Positions 35,635 to 49,221 of a stretch of 56,276 bases of DNA are shown here, in pieces. Made by a program: the position numbers and the translations under genes. Source of the stretch: Prorocentrum cordatum (taxonomy: Eukaryota); the NCBI GenBank assembly GCA_963575745.1, contig CAUYUJ010000098.1, forward strand, positions 62,001 through 118,276. The letters run 5' to 3'. The notes beneath the pieces are model-generated. The model was not told where the DNA came from, made no database searches, and worked only from the letters and a program-made list of their open reading frames with translations. Numbering within the stretch: the stretch's first letter is position 1; each line of letters opens with the position of its first letter.

Positions 35635-36726
35635 TCAATGATCGTCATACAAGAGGCGCCTGGCTCGCGACTTCTCCGCGCCCCTCTTGACCCAGCGGCA
35701 CAGCAGTTTCTGGGGCGACACGCCCGTTGCCGCAGGCGTGAACCGGAGGTAATTGGTAGTGCGGTACACGCCGTAATTGACCAGCGCCATTCGCACGACA
35801 TCTTCTGGAGAAGTTCCTGGGTCCAGGAGGAAGAATGCAAGCATAGTCGGCGGCGATTTCACGCCCAATCCAGCAGGTCTGTCTCGTTGCAGATGGCTCC
35901 ACACAGCAGGACATATACTGTAGTGTTCGATGCTGTCGTCGCCGCTCTTGCAGCCGAGTAAGCACTGCCACGGCTCGCCGACCCCATCTTTCTCTGCGTG
36001 CCTCATCCGACGACGGGTGGCCCAGCCGTTGAATAACGTGCGGAGGTATGCCGACGCCACCCTGGGCGGGCACCACTTATGCAGAATTTCGAAAGCCTCC
36101 TGGGCGCGCGCCACCAGCGCCGCTTCGTCGCCTGGAAACTTCCACCGGGCAAGCTTGCGAGCAGTGCGCTGTAGATGGTCAGGTCGGCAATCGCGATTGA
36201 TCAGATCGGTTGCAATAGACTGGAAGCTGGCTGGACCAAACCCAGCAGGGCCGTTCAGCACCCTCCGGATCTGGCTGCGGCTGATCCCGTCCTTCTCCAG
36301 TTGCTGCTCTGTGCGGTGCAGGATTGCGAACAAAGAATTGGCGTGCCAGCTCCCGAACGGGCCTTGCAGTACTCCTTCATCAAGCATGCGCAACTCTTCG
36401 ACGCGCTCTTTGCAGTCCGGGGCGACAGTTTCAATCACTCTCAGCTTAGCGGCCCGTGCAACGCAGCGAGGTTGAGCGAATGAAAACTTGAACCCGAATG
36501 CCGTCCGTAAGTTGCACAAATCTTCAGGCATGATCCAGTTCCCAGGGCCCGGAGCCAGGCGGCGTAACGCCCAAGAAAAGATGTTATCCATGTCCCCCGG
36601 CAAATCCTGAAGCTGCATCACGAAACTCAATACCGATATGATGAACGTGTTGAACACAATGCTGTTCAAGAAAAGTCCAAGGTGCCTTTGTGCCCAGCTC
36701 TGCACGCGCTTCGTGAATTTCTCGAG
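35635..36726 (-). mobile_element. 5'-truncated non-LTR retrotransposon (L1/Tx1-like ORF2 C-terminus)
   Basis: Open frame with RT thumb-like region (FNTFIISVLSFVMQL) and CCHC zinc knuckle CLLGC...DSIEHYSICP; the N-terminus of the predicted ORF is simple repeat. Confidence 0.8.
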
Positions 36727-39700
36727 GAGGAGGAGCGAGGAGGAGGAGGAGCGAGGAGGAGGAGGAGGAGAGGGAAAGAGCAGGACGTTGTGTGTAGTTC
36801 TTACGTTCTTACGTTTCTGAAGCTGCATTACGCCTCCTGAAATCTCTGAGCGCCTCTTGCGACTCTGGAGGCCTTTGAAGTCCAGGACCCTCAAGAGGTG
36901 GATGCAGAGGACGAGGATGATAAGGAGGAAACGCCCTTCCTCTCTTCCCCCTTTGTCTCTCCTCTCCGCCTCGTCCTCCATTTCTCGCCTCTCCCCCCTC
37001 CCACCTCCTCCGCTTCCAACTATCTCCTGTTCCCCTCCCCTCTCCTCCCCGCCCCTCCCGTTACGGTGCGATATTGGTAAACTTCTGCGATGGCATCGGC
37101 GTCGGTATCTTGGGAAACCCTATCGGCATGCTCCTCTAGCCCTCTTTAGCCTTACCGGGCACACTGCGGACCCTAAACGCTCTTGGCGCAACACGATCAG
37201 GACGTCAACTGGCTCCGTACGAGGGTCTCGACGCTCCGTGAGTTCCCCAGCCCGTTCTCTGAGTTCGGGGTCTGACACAATTGTTCCAGGGTCTCGTCGC
37301 ATGGGGAGAAACCAGACACCTACCTCGGGTAGGCCACCTTCGGCAGACGTGGGTTAGTGGAAACGCCCAGCCAGGCCAGCCCGCCCACCTCGCTGCCCCC
37401 CCTCATCGCCCCCCCCGCGCAGTGGACGACGGAGGAGGCAAGAGGGCCAAGACACGGCCCAGAGAGGCCCCAAGACGGCCTCCGATGGTGTCAGGCGGGC
37501 GACGGACGCCCAAGACAAGCGAACATTGCCCAACGCCCGCCCCCGAGAGGCCCAAGGAAGCCTCCAAGAGGCCCCCAAGAGGCCCCCCAGGAGGCCTCAC
37601 AAGTTCCCCAAACGCTCTCGAGAGGTCTCCTTCTTCTCTCTCTCTCCCCCCTCGCTCCCGCAACGGCTGGGGGAACACGCAATCCGATGCCGTGGCCGAG
37701 CTCTGGCCACAGCGAGCACATGGGCGCTCTTGAGAGGCAGGGGGCGGCGGTGCGTCGCCGCAGGCGTCTCCGATAACAGCAACGATCTCCTCAATCGCTA
37801 AAGCGATCCACGGGTCCAGGTCGACGAGCGGCCCCACCCGACCGAACGCCCACCCGAACACCACGGCCGTGCCTCAGAAGGACTCTCGCGTCCTTCAGGG
37901 CAGAGTCTGCTGATAGAAGGGGCGGGGGTGACAACGAGCTGGGGGACCGAGGTCATCAGCCGGCCAAATCATCCCAAAGACACCCTCCTCGAGTGTGCCC
38001 TCCCCCGGGATGCACAGGAGCATCCAACAAGCAAGAAGAGCAGCAGGGGACCCTCCCCAGAACCAACCTCGATCTGACATCTCGGCCCGACAGTAACGAC
38101 AACGATCTCCTCCCTCCTCCATCCTCGCTCTTTCAAATACGATGAGGTCGGAATAGATGGGGTCGGAGGATCGCGCCGCATCGCCGATGCATCGATGATG
38201 CATCGTCGCTGCATCGGCGACGTATTGGCGATGCACCGGCGATGCATCGTCGACGTCGGCGATGCATCGGCGACACCGACGCGAAGCAAATCGGGATCCA
38301 CCTCGAGCCTCATCGGCGATGCGTCGGCGATGCATCGGCGAAGCGGCGCGATCCTCCGACCCCATCTACTCTGAGCCCGTGGCTGTTGTCATCTCGTCCT
38401 GGAGGAAGCCCGGGGGGGAGTCCTGGTGGGAAAACCCCTTGGAGGACGCAGGCTTTAGTCAGCGTTTCCCGATCACCGGCGTAGGCTTCTACTCCTGCTG
38501 CTCCTCCTCCCTCTCCTTCGGCTCCTGCTTCGCTCCTCCTCCTCATACTTTTCCTCTCCGCTTCTCTCACTCCTCTTCCCGAGCAGATTGCTTCTCCTCC
38601 CTCCCCTCCTCTTCCTTCTCCTCCTTCTCCTCCTCTTCCTTTTCCTCCACCCCTCCTCCCCCTCGTCTTCCTTACCTCCTCCTCCTCCTCGCCCTCCTCC
38701 TTCTTCCTACTGGTCGTCGATGTGCTTCAGGGTCGGCGGCACCGGCCGTCAGGCCCTCTCAATAGTCAAGCAATGCCCAGAAATAGTCAAACATGAAAAA
38801 ATCGTCCCCAGACTATTCTCCTAGAATTTTTGAATACTGGGGGCATGGGACCATCGCCCCTGCGTCTCCTATACGAAGATGCGTATACACATATGTAGTT
38901 CTTAGCTGCCCCGATACGCAACACGCAAAATGTAGCGAACTGGTACGGAACTCAACAAGTAGACTGGAAACGTTCCGCCAAAACGCGTGCCCAAAGGTGG
39001 AGCCAACACGCAGCGTATTGACACGGACGTTTCGAGCACGGCACATGTTGCGTATCAGAACGGGCGTATCGAGGCAGCTCAGATGCAGATGTGCATGTAT
39101 ATGTGTACGTATGGCCGCGGCACAGAAAGGTGTATACATGGACATACACCTATACATGCGCATGTACTCTGTATACACATCTCTATACGCGTGTGCACAC
39201 ACGTACACATTATTCGTAGTATCATTTTTCGCATTATTAAGTCTATTACCATTCTTAGTCCTTCTTCTTCGTATCATTATTATTACTATCATTGTCATAC
39301 ACATATATATACACATATGTGTGCGATCGACCTCAGGGAGCCCTGAACTCAACAATGTTGTCATGCCTTAAGGGGGGTGGGACTTGTACTTCCGTCGCCC
39401 TTCCGCCGGCGGAGACGGTCTTGTTTTACTTCCGCCGCCTTCCGCCGAGGAGCAGATGGCAACTCTTTCGATCCTCGAAGGCAAAGCCCTTCTCTGGACT
39501 GCCTCCTATATATACACGATACTCGATTATATACACGTTTGTCTACCTATCGCCGCCTGCGGATGACCCTCCCCGCGGCCAGGGGCCGCGGCGCGGGCTG
39601 CCCGACTTGTTGAGATTCCAAAGCACCGTGGTAACGGACCGCGTGGTGACTACGGAATCCCCAACGACCCCGAACTCACCGCGCGGCCTCGGCGGAAACC

Positions 39701-40232
39701 CCAGCGGCCCGAGACGTCCTCGGAGAACGACCCGAATCCCAGCAAAGGGAACGATCCCGAATGCTAACTGAGTCACCGCGCGGCGTGGTCACCACACCGT
39801 TCGGGTGTCCCCGAAACGTGCGGGTGGCCTGGCCCCCAAGCGCCCTGGGGAGGGTGGCAACTCTCCTTCGCTGTCGGCAGGCCCTGCCTGAGGATGGAAC
39901 CCAGGCAAGGGACACCGTTGATGTCTCATCGCATGGTTCCCCCGACTCCGTTTTCCCTCGCCCCCCGTCTCTTCTCTGTCTGGCCCTCCCTCCCCGCTGC
40001 CAGTATAGGCAGTGGACCTCGTCCCTCCCTCCTTCTCCTCCTCCTCCTCCTCCCCCTCCTCCTCCCCCTCGTCCTCCTCCCCCTCCTCCTCCTCCTCCTC
40101 CTCCTCCTCCTCCTCCTGCTCCTCCATAACATCTTCGTCCTACTCCTCCACAAATTTATCCTTCTCCTCCTCCTTTTCCTCCTCCTCTTCCTCCGCATCA
40201 TCATCATCATTATCATCATCATCATCATCATT

Positions 40233-40303
<71 letters not shown>

Positions 40304-40751
40304 ACTTCTAAGACGAAGCCAGGATGAGGGCGAATTCAGAAAATTATGCAACAATCTAGAGTCTCCGAAAGCTGGCAGGGCCGGAGGAGACACATCGCAT
40401 CGGGTGCCGAGGCTTCCCCAGAGCGCTCCTGAACGCTCCGCGGGCAATCTTGAACGCTCTGGATGCTTGCCTGCGCCCAGGCCGCCGCAGATCGTACACA
40501 GCAGGCGGAGCCCGCCACCTAGCCAGATAGGGCGGCGCCGCCTTGAACCGAGGCGGCGGCGGACGAGCAACGCATTATAGATCCCTCGTCGGGGCGTTCC
40601 CTCAAAATTCCTGCGGCTTATCGCCTCCCCCCCGCCCGGAAGAAGTTGGTTACTCCTGTCGTGCTCATCGGACGTAAGACGTGACTGGGCCCAGCTGCTC
40701 GGGCGCTCGTCCGGCGACGGCGTCCTCGCCCCCCCGCCCACCCTGGGGCGC

Positions 40752-40820
40752 CTCGTTGTCGGCGCGGAAGTTGACGCCGCACAGCGGCGTGAGCCCTTTC
40801 AGCCACGGGTGATGCAGAGC
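40752..40820 (-). CDS. Exon 2 of CDPK-like gene: ALHHPWLKGLTPLCGVNFRADNE (end of kinase domain)
   Basis: ALxHPWL kinase C-terminal motif; ggag|GCT acceptor, GAG|gc donor. Confidence 0.85.
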
Positions 40821-40884
40821 CTCCGCGAAGGAGGACCCCCTTTCATTTGCCTCCATCTCCCTCTCCCCATGTACTCTCCACATC

Positions 40885-40919
<35 letters not shown>

Positions 40920-41234
40920 GCTGGGATCGCGCCACGCGCGCGCGCGAGCAGCGGCGGCGCCGGACGCCAGGAAGACTCCAGCTATACGCCTACACCGATC
41001 CTGGTCAGGCTCATCCTTTTTGTTTCGAAGCCCCGTGCGCGCCGCGAACTTGAGAGCTGGTCGTGGGGCCCCCAAGCGCGGGAGGCTGCGGACCTCCTGC
41101 GAGTCTCGGGGGGCACTGTCAGCTGCTGGCTGCGGCAGTTTCCGCCGACCAGCCTGGAGATCCATACATGCGACGCAGTGCTTCTATTGAGTCCTGGCCA
41201 GGCTCACCCTGGGCCCAGGATCGGTGCGCGAGAA

Positions 41235-41237
<3 letters not shown>

Positions 41238-41294
<57 letters not shown>

Positions 41295-41382
41295 TGTGTG
41301 TGTGTGCGTGTGTGCGTGTGCGTGTGCGCGCGTGTGTGTGTGTGTGTATGTGTGTGCGTGCGTGCGTGTGTGTGCGTGTGTG
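41238..41382. repeat. (TG)n microsatellite
   Basis: Direct inspection. Confidence 0.95.
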
Positions 41383-42063
41383 CAAGGAGGCGGAAGAAGC
41401 AGAGGAGGCGGAGGAGGATGAGGCAGAGGAGGAAGAGGAGGACGAGGAGGAGGAGGAGGAGGAGTAATACCAACGCGCATCCTGAAGGTGTTACAGGCGT
41501 CCCGCTAAGCCGCCTGGGATCTCACCCGAGGCTTGATACTGCTTCCCTGCCAAAGTGCCAATGCTTAATACCTTAATACTGGCTGGGCACGCTGGCATAC
41601 CTGGCATGCTGACCAAGCGACGCGCCGCGCGTCAGAGGGGCCGTGCCGCCTCCGCGCGCGCGCCCCCGCGGCCGACAGGGGTGCCCCAGGGGGGGGAGGA
41701 ACGCCAGGTAGGAAAGGGCCAGGGACCCCGAGCAAGGGGGGAACCCTGACAGCGGGGGGCATCCCAACCCTAGCCCACCCCACGCCCCACCCACCCCAAG
41801 GGGAGGGCCCCCCCCGCCGCCCTCAGCCTTCTCGGGCAAGTCCCCGGCTCTATTTCTATCCCGCCGATACCAGCGGCAATCGACAACTTTGGGTTTCCTG
41901 GTTGTCCCGGTGTGCTCACCCGGCCCCAGATTAGACGGGGGGGGGGGGGGGGAACGAGGAGGAGGATGAGGAGGAGGAGGAGGAGGAGGAGGAGAGGAGG
42001 AGGAGGAGAAGGAGGAGGGGGAGGGGGAAAAGGAGGAGGAGGAGGAGGAGGAGGAGGAGGAGG

Positions 42064-44285
42064 AGCCCCAAACGATCTGGGCCAGGGCCGAACGGGAGTC
42101 GTTTCGAGCACTGGCGCACGGTCCTCAGCGATTCAGAAGCTGCCACTGCTGTGGCCCAAGTGGCTGATTTGTTCCTCTACGGCGTGCTGTCGCCCCACGC
42201 CATGGAGGCCAACCTGGGAAACCGACTGGTGACGCACCGCAAGCCTGCTGGGGGTCTGCGGCCCTTGCGGCGGGGTCATCCGCCGGCTGGCGGGAAAGCC
42301 TGCCTGCGAGGTCTTCAAAGACGAGATCCGGAATGCGTGCGGTGCTCACCAATACGCCGTCGGCAGGAGGTGGGCTGCGAACTGGTCCACAAGACCATAG
42401 CTGCGCTCACCGAAGCCAGCCCCAACAGAGTCGTGCTTAGCTTCGATGCCAACAACGCCTTCAACTCGATGCCGCGAAGGCGGGTCATGGACGGGGTTGC
42501 AGCCAGAGCGCCAGAGCTGCACCACACGGCGCAGGTTTGGCTCGGAACGACTTCTACCACAAACTTGCTCTGGAACAACGCTGACACAGCCCTCCCTATA
42601 CGAGCCACGCGCGGGGTGGACCAGGGATGCCCTCTGTCCCCGGGGCTATTCGCTATTGCCCTGGCGGACGCGCTTGGCGATGTCGCGGTAACGCTCCAGC
42701 GGCTGTCCCCTGCGTGCTGCGTGTTCTCCTACCTTGACGACATCATGGTGTTCGGGCCGCCAGAACACGCAGACGCCGTCATCCAGATAGTTCTCGCGGC
42801 GCTCACGAACGCCGGGCTCCAGGTGAATCAGAGCAAGACCAAAGCCTGGACGACGGATCCGGCGCAAGCCTTGCCCCCGACGACGCAGCAGGCCCGGGTC
42901 GACACCCTCGCGTGTCTGGGGAACGTAGCAACGTGGCTGGATCAAGAAGACGAGAGGGTCCAGATTCACGCTGGCGCCGACGGAGCGGCCGCCGTGGCCA
43001 AGGCCGCCGCTTTTCGTGCTCGCCTGCAAGAGCGTCGGGATGCTGGACTTTCCGCAGAGGGAGCTTGGGTCCTCCTCCGCACCTTCGCCCAGGGCGTGGT
43101 GACGCACCACCTTCGCGCCGCGTACAACTACAACTTAAAGTGGACTGACACGTTCGATGGCGCTGTGTTCGGATGCCTCGAAGACCTCCTGCAGGCCCCT
43201 CTGGACGACACGCAGCGGCTGGTCGACGGGGTGTGTGCCCTCCCTTCAGCCAAGGAAACAGCGCTGGCCGCGTACGCTGCGAGCTGGGCGCTTGTCATGC
43301 AGGACGTGGCCCAGGGCGCTGGGTTCGCTACTTGGGAGGACTTTCGGGCCCGCTACCCCTTGAAGTTCCAATCGTTGCGGGAGGCGGAGGCGGCGCTGCG
43401 AACGCAGGGAGCGATGGGAAAAGACTCGTTCGAGTGGCTGGACACTTTCCAGGAACCGCAAGTGAAGCTGCAGGGGCAGTGGGGCAAAGCGAGGTCCTCG
43501 GATTGGAGGGAACGCTTGCTGGGAACGTTGGGAGAGGACGACCGACTCCAATTCCGCGGAACAAGTCCAGGCGCCGGGGGATTCCTGCTCCCTCGTGAGG
43601 AGGGTGACCAGTCCATGTCGGGTCAGCATTTCCTTGCGGCGTACAAGAAACGCTTGCGGGTGCCGGTCTGCCCGCCCGGAGCTCGCTGCCAGCAGAAACA
43701 CGCCGACACAGGGCTGTTGTGCAACGAGCCCTTGGACGCGCGCGGGTGGCATGCCTGCAGCTGCCCTGTGGGGGGGTCCGCGCAGGCCGCCACGACAGCA
43801 TGAGGGATTGGCACGCCCCCACGCACACACGCCTCACGGGCTACTACGCGGTCAAGGAGCAGCGAGTTCCTGGTTGGGACAGGATGGACCCGCAGACGGG
43901 CGTCATGGAGGAGGCGAAGCTGGACGTTTGTGCACGAGACCCCAGCACAGGTCAGCCTGTGCACGTGAATTGGAGCGTAACCTGCGAATGCAACACCTAC
44001 GGCCCTCGCAGGCGCGCTCGATCCAACAAAGACGGGGTCGCGACGGCGCAGACGGTCCACGAGAAGCGCGAGCGCTACCCTCCGAGGCACGGGAACTTGG
44101 CGCCCTTAGTGTTCGAATCGGGGAGCCGCCCGTCCGACACGGGCGTCGAGTTCATCCGGTCGTACGGCCACGGGCTCGACGACGATGTTGCCCGGGCCGT
44201 GGTTCTCGGAATGCTGTGGAGACAAATTAGCAGACGCCTGCAGACCGGCAACGCCGAGATGCTGCTGAGTGCGTTCGGACGCTAG
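42064..44285 (+). mobile_element. Decayed, 5'-truncated CRE-like (RLE-type) non-LTR retrotransposon
   Basis: GPGPNGSRFEHW, KPAGGLRP, QYAVG, DANNAFN, GVDQGCPLSP, YLDD; CxxC-H-C, RHD, EKRERY, PLVFESG endonuclease motifs; frameshifts near 42267, 42370 and 43777. Confidence 0.9.
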
Positions 44286-47217
44286 GCCTGCGGCTACCTG
44301 GACACCAACCCTGCTGCCCACGGTGCTGTTCGGACAGGCACCAGGACAATGACCACCGCTACCGCGGCCACCACCAACGGCCGCACCGACCACCACGGCT
44401 ACCTTGGCGACGACAATCGCCACCAACTGCTGTAGCCACCACCACGGCTCTTGCGGTCACCGCCACGACCACCTTGGCCACCCCCAGCACGGCCAACTGC
44501 GCAACCACCGCAGCCCGGCCGCCTCCAACACGACTACCACCAGCCCGGCTATAGCCAGGGCCGCCACGACCACCTCTCCGACCACCAGCACGGACCGACC
44601 ACCGGCACTCCGATCACCACAACGACCATCGGCACGACCACCACTACCGCCCCCGCCCCCAGCCCCTTTCCGCTCTCTTCCCTCTCCCTTGCCAGGCCGC
44701 ACTTGCTGCAGGAATCGCCTCCCGCCCCTTCGCCTCCCCCTCCTTCTCCTCCCAAGTAGAAATTAATTGATAATTCATGCGGGGCCCCTCGCCAAATGCG
44801 GCGGTGTCACTGGCGCGAGGGTGCGATCGGATCGAACATTCCGGCCGCCCCAGGGGTCCCTTTCGCGGGTGCTGGTCCCTTCTGGGAGCCCCTCGGGCCG
44901 TGGCGGGAGGAGGGGGAGGAAGGGTAGGAGGAGGAGGGGGAGGGGGAGGAGGAGGAGGAGGAGGAGGGGGAGGATGAGGATGAGGAGGAGGAGGAAGCGG
45001 AGGGGTAGAAGGAGGAGGAGGAGGAGGAGGAGGAGGAGGAGGAGGAGGAGGAGGGAGGAGGAGGAGGAGGAGGAGGAGGGAGGAGAGGAGGAGGAGGAGG
45101 AGGAGGAGGAGGAGGAGGAGGAGGAGGAGGAGGAGGACGAGGAGGAGGAGAGGGAGGAGGAGGAGGAGGAGGAGGAGAGAAGGATGAGGAAGAGGAGGAG
45201 GAGGGGGGAGGCAGGAGGGCATCCGACGCTCATCGGGCAACCGCAACGATAACCCAACAGCGAATCCTGGCCGAGATGGGCAAGAACTGCTGCGGGTCAT
45301 CGTCCCCATCCCTTCCGTCCCCATTTCGATCGCACTTAAAGGAGTGCACAGGGCTAGGAGGAGGAAGAAGAGCAGGAGGAGGAGGTGAAGGAGGAAAAGG
45401 AGGAGGAGGAGGACGAGGAGGAGGGGAGGGAGGAGGGAGGAGGAGGCGGAGCAGGAGGAGGAGGAGGAGGAGGAGCGAAGCATCCGACGTCTCGATTTTT
45501 TCAAGACGGGCCTCCCAATGTCCTCACGCTTTTCCCCGGGCAGGTTCCCCACCCAGGGTCAGTCAACATCGGGGGCGGGGAAGGACGTGGGCCTAGGCTG
45601 GCTATGGCAACAACACGGATCGAGGACGGTCGAGCGTTGCAGAGTGCAGACGGGGGCGGATTCTCGAGGAAGGCCGAACAAACGACGTCCAGGACAACAA
45701 CAGACAATGGAGAATGGATGCGATGCTACAGTCGGGGTGGATTGAAGGTGGATTGAAGTGGACACGCGAGAGGACACACGACTCTTCCGAAGGCCACATT
45801 GCCAGTGGGAAGTAGAGGGCATGATCGCGAAACACAGGACGCGAAGGTACCCTTGTTTGGGCAGGGTCGACCTACTAATCAAACTCGACTGTAAAGCCCA
45901 ACTCCTCCCACAACAAGGAGGATGAAGAAAAATAATCCTCGGGGGGAACGCGTCCTGAACCATGCGCTCTCCTCAAAGCCGACTTTCCGTCCCAAAGCCG
46001 CTTCTCGTCGGGAACGGCGAAGCACCTCAGGGCAACTTTTCCCCATGACCTACTTACTTTATAGCGGAGGGGGATTCGGCGCGCCTGGACTGGGGACGGA
46101 AACACATGGGCACGATGCCCAGGAGCAAATGTTGTCCAGGCGACTCGAAGTCTACATGGACAGCATCCGCGGCCATGCCAACATCGAATCCTGGTCAAAC
46201 TAAAACAAACTGCTGTTGTTCCTCGTCGCCATTCCTTCCGTCACTGTTCCGACAGCGCCGAGAGGAGTGAAGATGGGTAGACGACCGCTGGCCAGGGGAA
46301 GGCCTAGACAAACTTTGTAATACATCTGTATGCATATATACAAAGAAGGCGGGCCTCCCGAACATTGATGGTCCCAACCCTTTCCCAGGGCCGGCTTCTC
46401 ACCCAGGATCAGTGAGCATCGGGGGCGGAAAGGAAGCGGGACCGAGGTAGGTCGAGAGGTGCAATGCAGACGGGACGAGCCTCGAATAGAGCCGAAGCTG
46501 CAATGCAAACGCGACGCAAGCAGACGCAAACCACGTCCAAGACAGTCGGATCGGAACTCGCGCCGGATCGGGCTGCGTTGTCTCGGGGTCGAGGCGAGCT
46601 GTATATACCCGCCGCGCCACGATACGCAACAGCGGCCATGCAAACATTTGGCCGCATCGTCACTCAACAATATCATAATCGGTCTAATCGGATCGTCCCG
46701 GCCGAATTCGATATCGATCCACAGGGCCAACTTTTTATCCCGAGTCATTCTATTGACGGCCCCACTAGGGTTCGGGGAGCCCCCCCCACCGGACGCGGAA
46801 AGCGAAGAAAACCTCCGCCTTGGCGTTTCCAAGACGTTGGATGTTTGTTGCAGCGGATGAGGGGGGGGTCGGGTGGGACGAAGGGGGAGGGGTAGTAAAA
46901 GGGGTTACCGCCTGATGGTTTACCTCCCATTTAGCTGAAATTTTCCGTTGCCTCCTGTCGCTGGAGGCGACCCTGTATCGATGAGCGCGGCCAGCTAGTG
47001 GGCCGAAGCCACCTGCGTGCTGCAGATTTCGCGCCCCAACCCCACTTTCGCCACCCCCCCCCATCTCGACCCACCTGATAGGGGGAGTGGAATGCGACCG
47101 CTGATCGAGGAGCCCCCCGCGGCGGCCCCGGGCGCCCGCATCCGCCGCCGCCGTCGTCGCCCAGGTCATCGTCATCGTCGCTGCCGCCGTCGCTGCCGCC
47201 GCCGTCGCTGCCGCCGC

Positions 47218-47288
<71 letters not shown>

Positions 47289-47821
47289 TCGTCATCGTCA
47301 TGGTCGTCGCCGTCGCAGTCGTCGACCGAGGATCTCGATGACCACCGATGGCCTCGCCTGTGTTTGCAGCGGCCTCGTCGAAAGCCACCTGCGACCCCGC
47401 CAATGGTCATCGGCCTGGCCACCAGCAATCGATGACGACATCGTCTCGTCCGTCGGGAGCCGGCGCTGGGACGCTGGGCCCCGGGCGAGGAGGCCTCGAA
47501 CTGCGCAGCCTGCACCCAGAAGCCCCGTCCTGCCCCCAGAGCCCCGTCCCTCAGGGCCCCATCCTCGAACCCCATGCGTGCCAGGGCCTCATGGCCCCAC
47601 CCTGCTCCTCCTCTTCCTCCTCCACCTCCTCCACCTCCTCCTCCTCCTCCTTCCCCTCCTCCCCCTCCTCCTACTCCTCCTCCTCCTCCTCCTTCCCCTC
47701 CTCCCCCTCCTCCCCCTCCTCCTCCTCCTCCTCCCCCTCCGCCTCCTGGAGGCCTCCGTCCTGTTCTCGGAGCCCCATCTCCTCAGGGGCCGCAGCCTTC
47801 TCGACACCCCCCCCCACGAGA

Positions 47822-48287
47822 CCACGTCGATGTGGCCACGCAATCGTCTCGCCGATATCCAGGGCCGACCCGGCAGGGCCCTCAGGAGTCCTCGGGGCCA
47901 CATCCCGTAGGGCTGCATATCCTGGTATCCGATGGCCACATCCGTCTCGCCGATCGCGGGCCGACCTGGAAGAGCCCTCCTGTCCTTGGAGGCACATCCC
48001 GTAGGGCTGCATATCCTCGACCCCCCCCCTCGGGGCCACGTCGATGGCCACATATCCGTCTCGCCGATATCGCGGGCCGACCTGGAAGAGCCCTCCTGTC
48101 CTCGGGACCACATCCCGCAGGGCTGCATATCCTCGACCCCCCCCCCCCTCGGGGCCACGTCGATGGCCACATATCCGTCTCGCCGATCGCGGGCCGACCC
48201 AGCAGAGCCCTCCTGTCCTCGGAGCCACATCCCGTAGGGCTGCACATCCTCGACCCATTCCCCCCCACGAGGCCACGTCGATGGCCA
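47822..48287. repeat. Minisatellite, ~115-bp unit x ~4
   Basis: Repeated CCACGTCGATGGCCACATATCCGTCTCGCCGAT...ACATCCCGTAGGGCTGCATATCC. Confidence 0.85.
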
Positions 48288-48321
48288 AGTCCGCCTCGAG
48301 AGATGGCGGGCGGGGGCCCGC

Positions 48322-48411
48322 CTTCGCGGCCGTGGGGCGGTCCCCGGCGGCGGGGCGGAGCAGTCGCTGCGTGAAGTCGCGGCTGAGCGGGGTGCGGTCG
48401 TTCCAGCCGTC
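48322..48411 (-). CDS. Exon 1 (first found in window) of CDPK-like gene: DGWNDRTPLSRDFTQRLLRPAAGDRPTAAK, kinase subdomain XI
   Basis: W..S.DF..RLL....RPTA pattern continues directly into ALHHPWL of the next exon; cccag|GAC acceptor, AAG|gc donor. Confidence 0.85.
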
Positions 48412-48865
48412 CTGGGCACCGCGCGCCGCCGATGAGCGGCACGCCTCGTGAGTCGCGGATGTCTCGAGGATGCCATTTCTTCGAGGCTGTCGCGAGCGAC
48501 AGCATGATCCGCAACTGCTGCCAAACCATCAGCGCAGGACTGCGAACACATGGCCGCATGGTTTGCCGCAGGCGTGCCGAAGAGCGGCACGCTTCATAAA
48601 TCACTGGTGCAAACTTCAAACTCAGCTCTGAGACAAACGCCGGCCTTGCAAACTAGGCGCTACCCACAGCAGGGAGCCGAAGCGTCCCCCAAACCGGCAT
48701 CCATGCCCGTCCTGGGCACGGGCGCGGCTTCGCGGCAAAGGCATTCCAAGGCTTCCGTAGCACTCGAACAAACTATGTATTCGAGGATGTCTCACGCGGC
48801 AGCCTCACGCCACGTCTTGTCTGAAGAGGCGACGCAGTCGCAAGCTCCAAATCAATGCATGGGTT

Positions 48866-49045
48866 CTCCAGATTTCGTAATAAAAGGGAGGGGGTCTGGA
48901 CCCTCCAACACAAGCCATTTCAGACCCCCCCTCGTGGAAGAACCCTCCAAAACATCGTCCCCAGACCACCCCAGGCCCTCCAAGATAGCCTGGAAGAGAC
49001 CCCCCCCGAAATGAGACCCCCCTCCCTTTATTACGAAATCTGGAG
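48866..49045. mobile_element. Stowaway-like MITE; second copy 51194-51374
   Basis: ~30-bp TIR CTCCAGATTTCGTAATAAA../..TTTATTACGAAATCTGGAG followed by TA. Confidence 0.75.
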
Positions 49046-49221
49046 TAGGGAAGGAAGCCCGTCCGCGGGACAAGAGACGCCCGCAGACTCTCGAGGGGAG
49101 GAGAATGAGGGTTCAAGCATCAAGGACCACAGGGCAATGCGGTCGACGCCGCCGCGCCCCCTGGGATGATGAGGAGGGAGAGAGGGATGAGAAGGAGGAG
49201 GAGGAGGAGGATGTGGAGGGG

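Noticed and set aside
47822..48287. Possible CRISPR-like array
   Set aside because: Whole units are repeated with no unique spacers, there are no cas genes, and the context is eukaryotic
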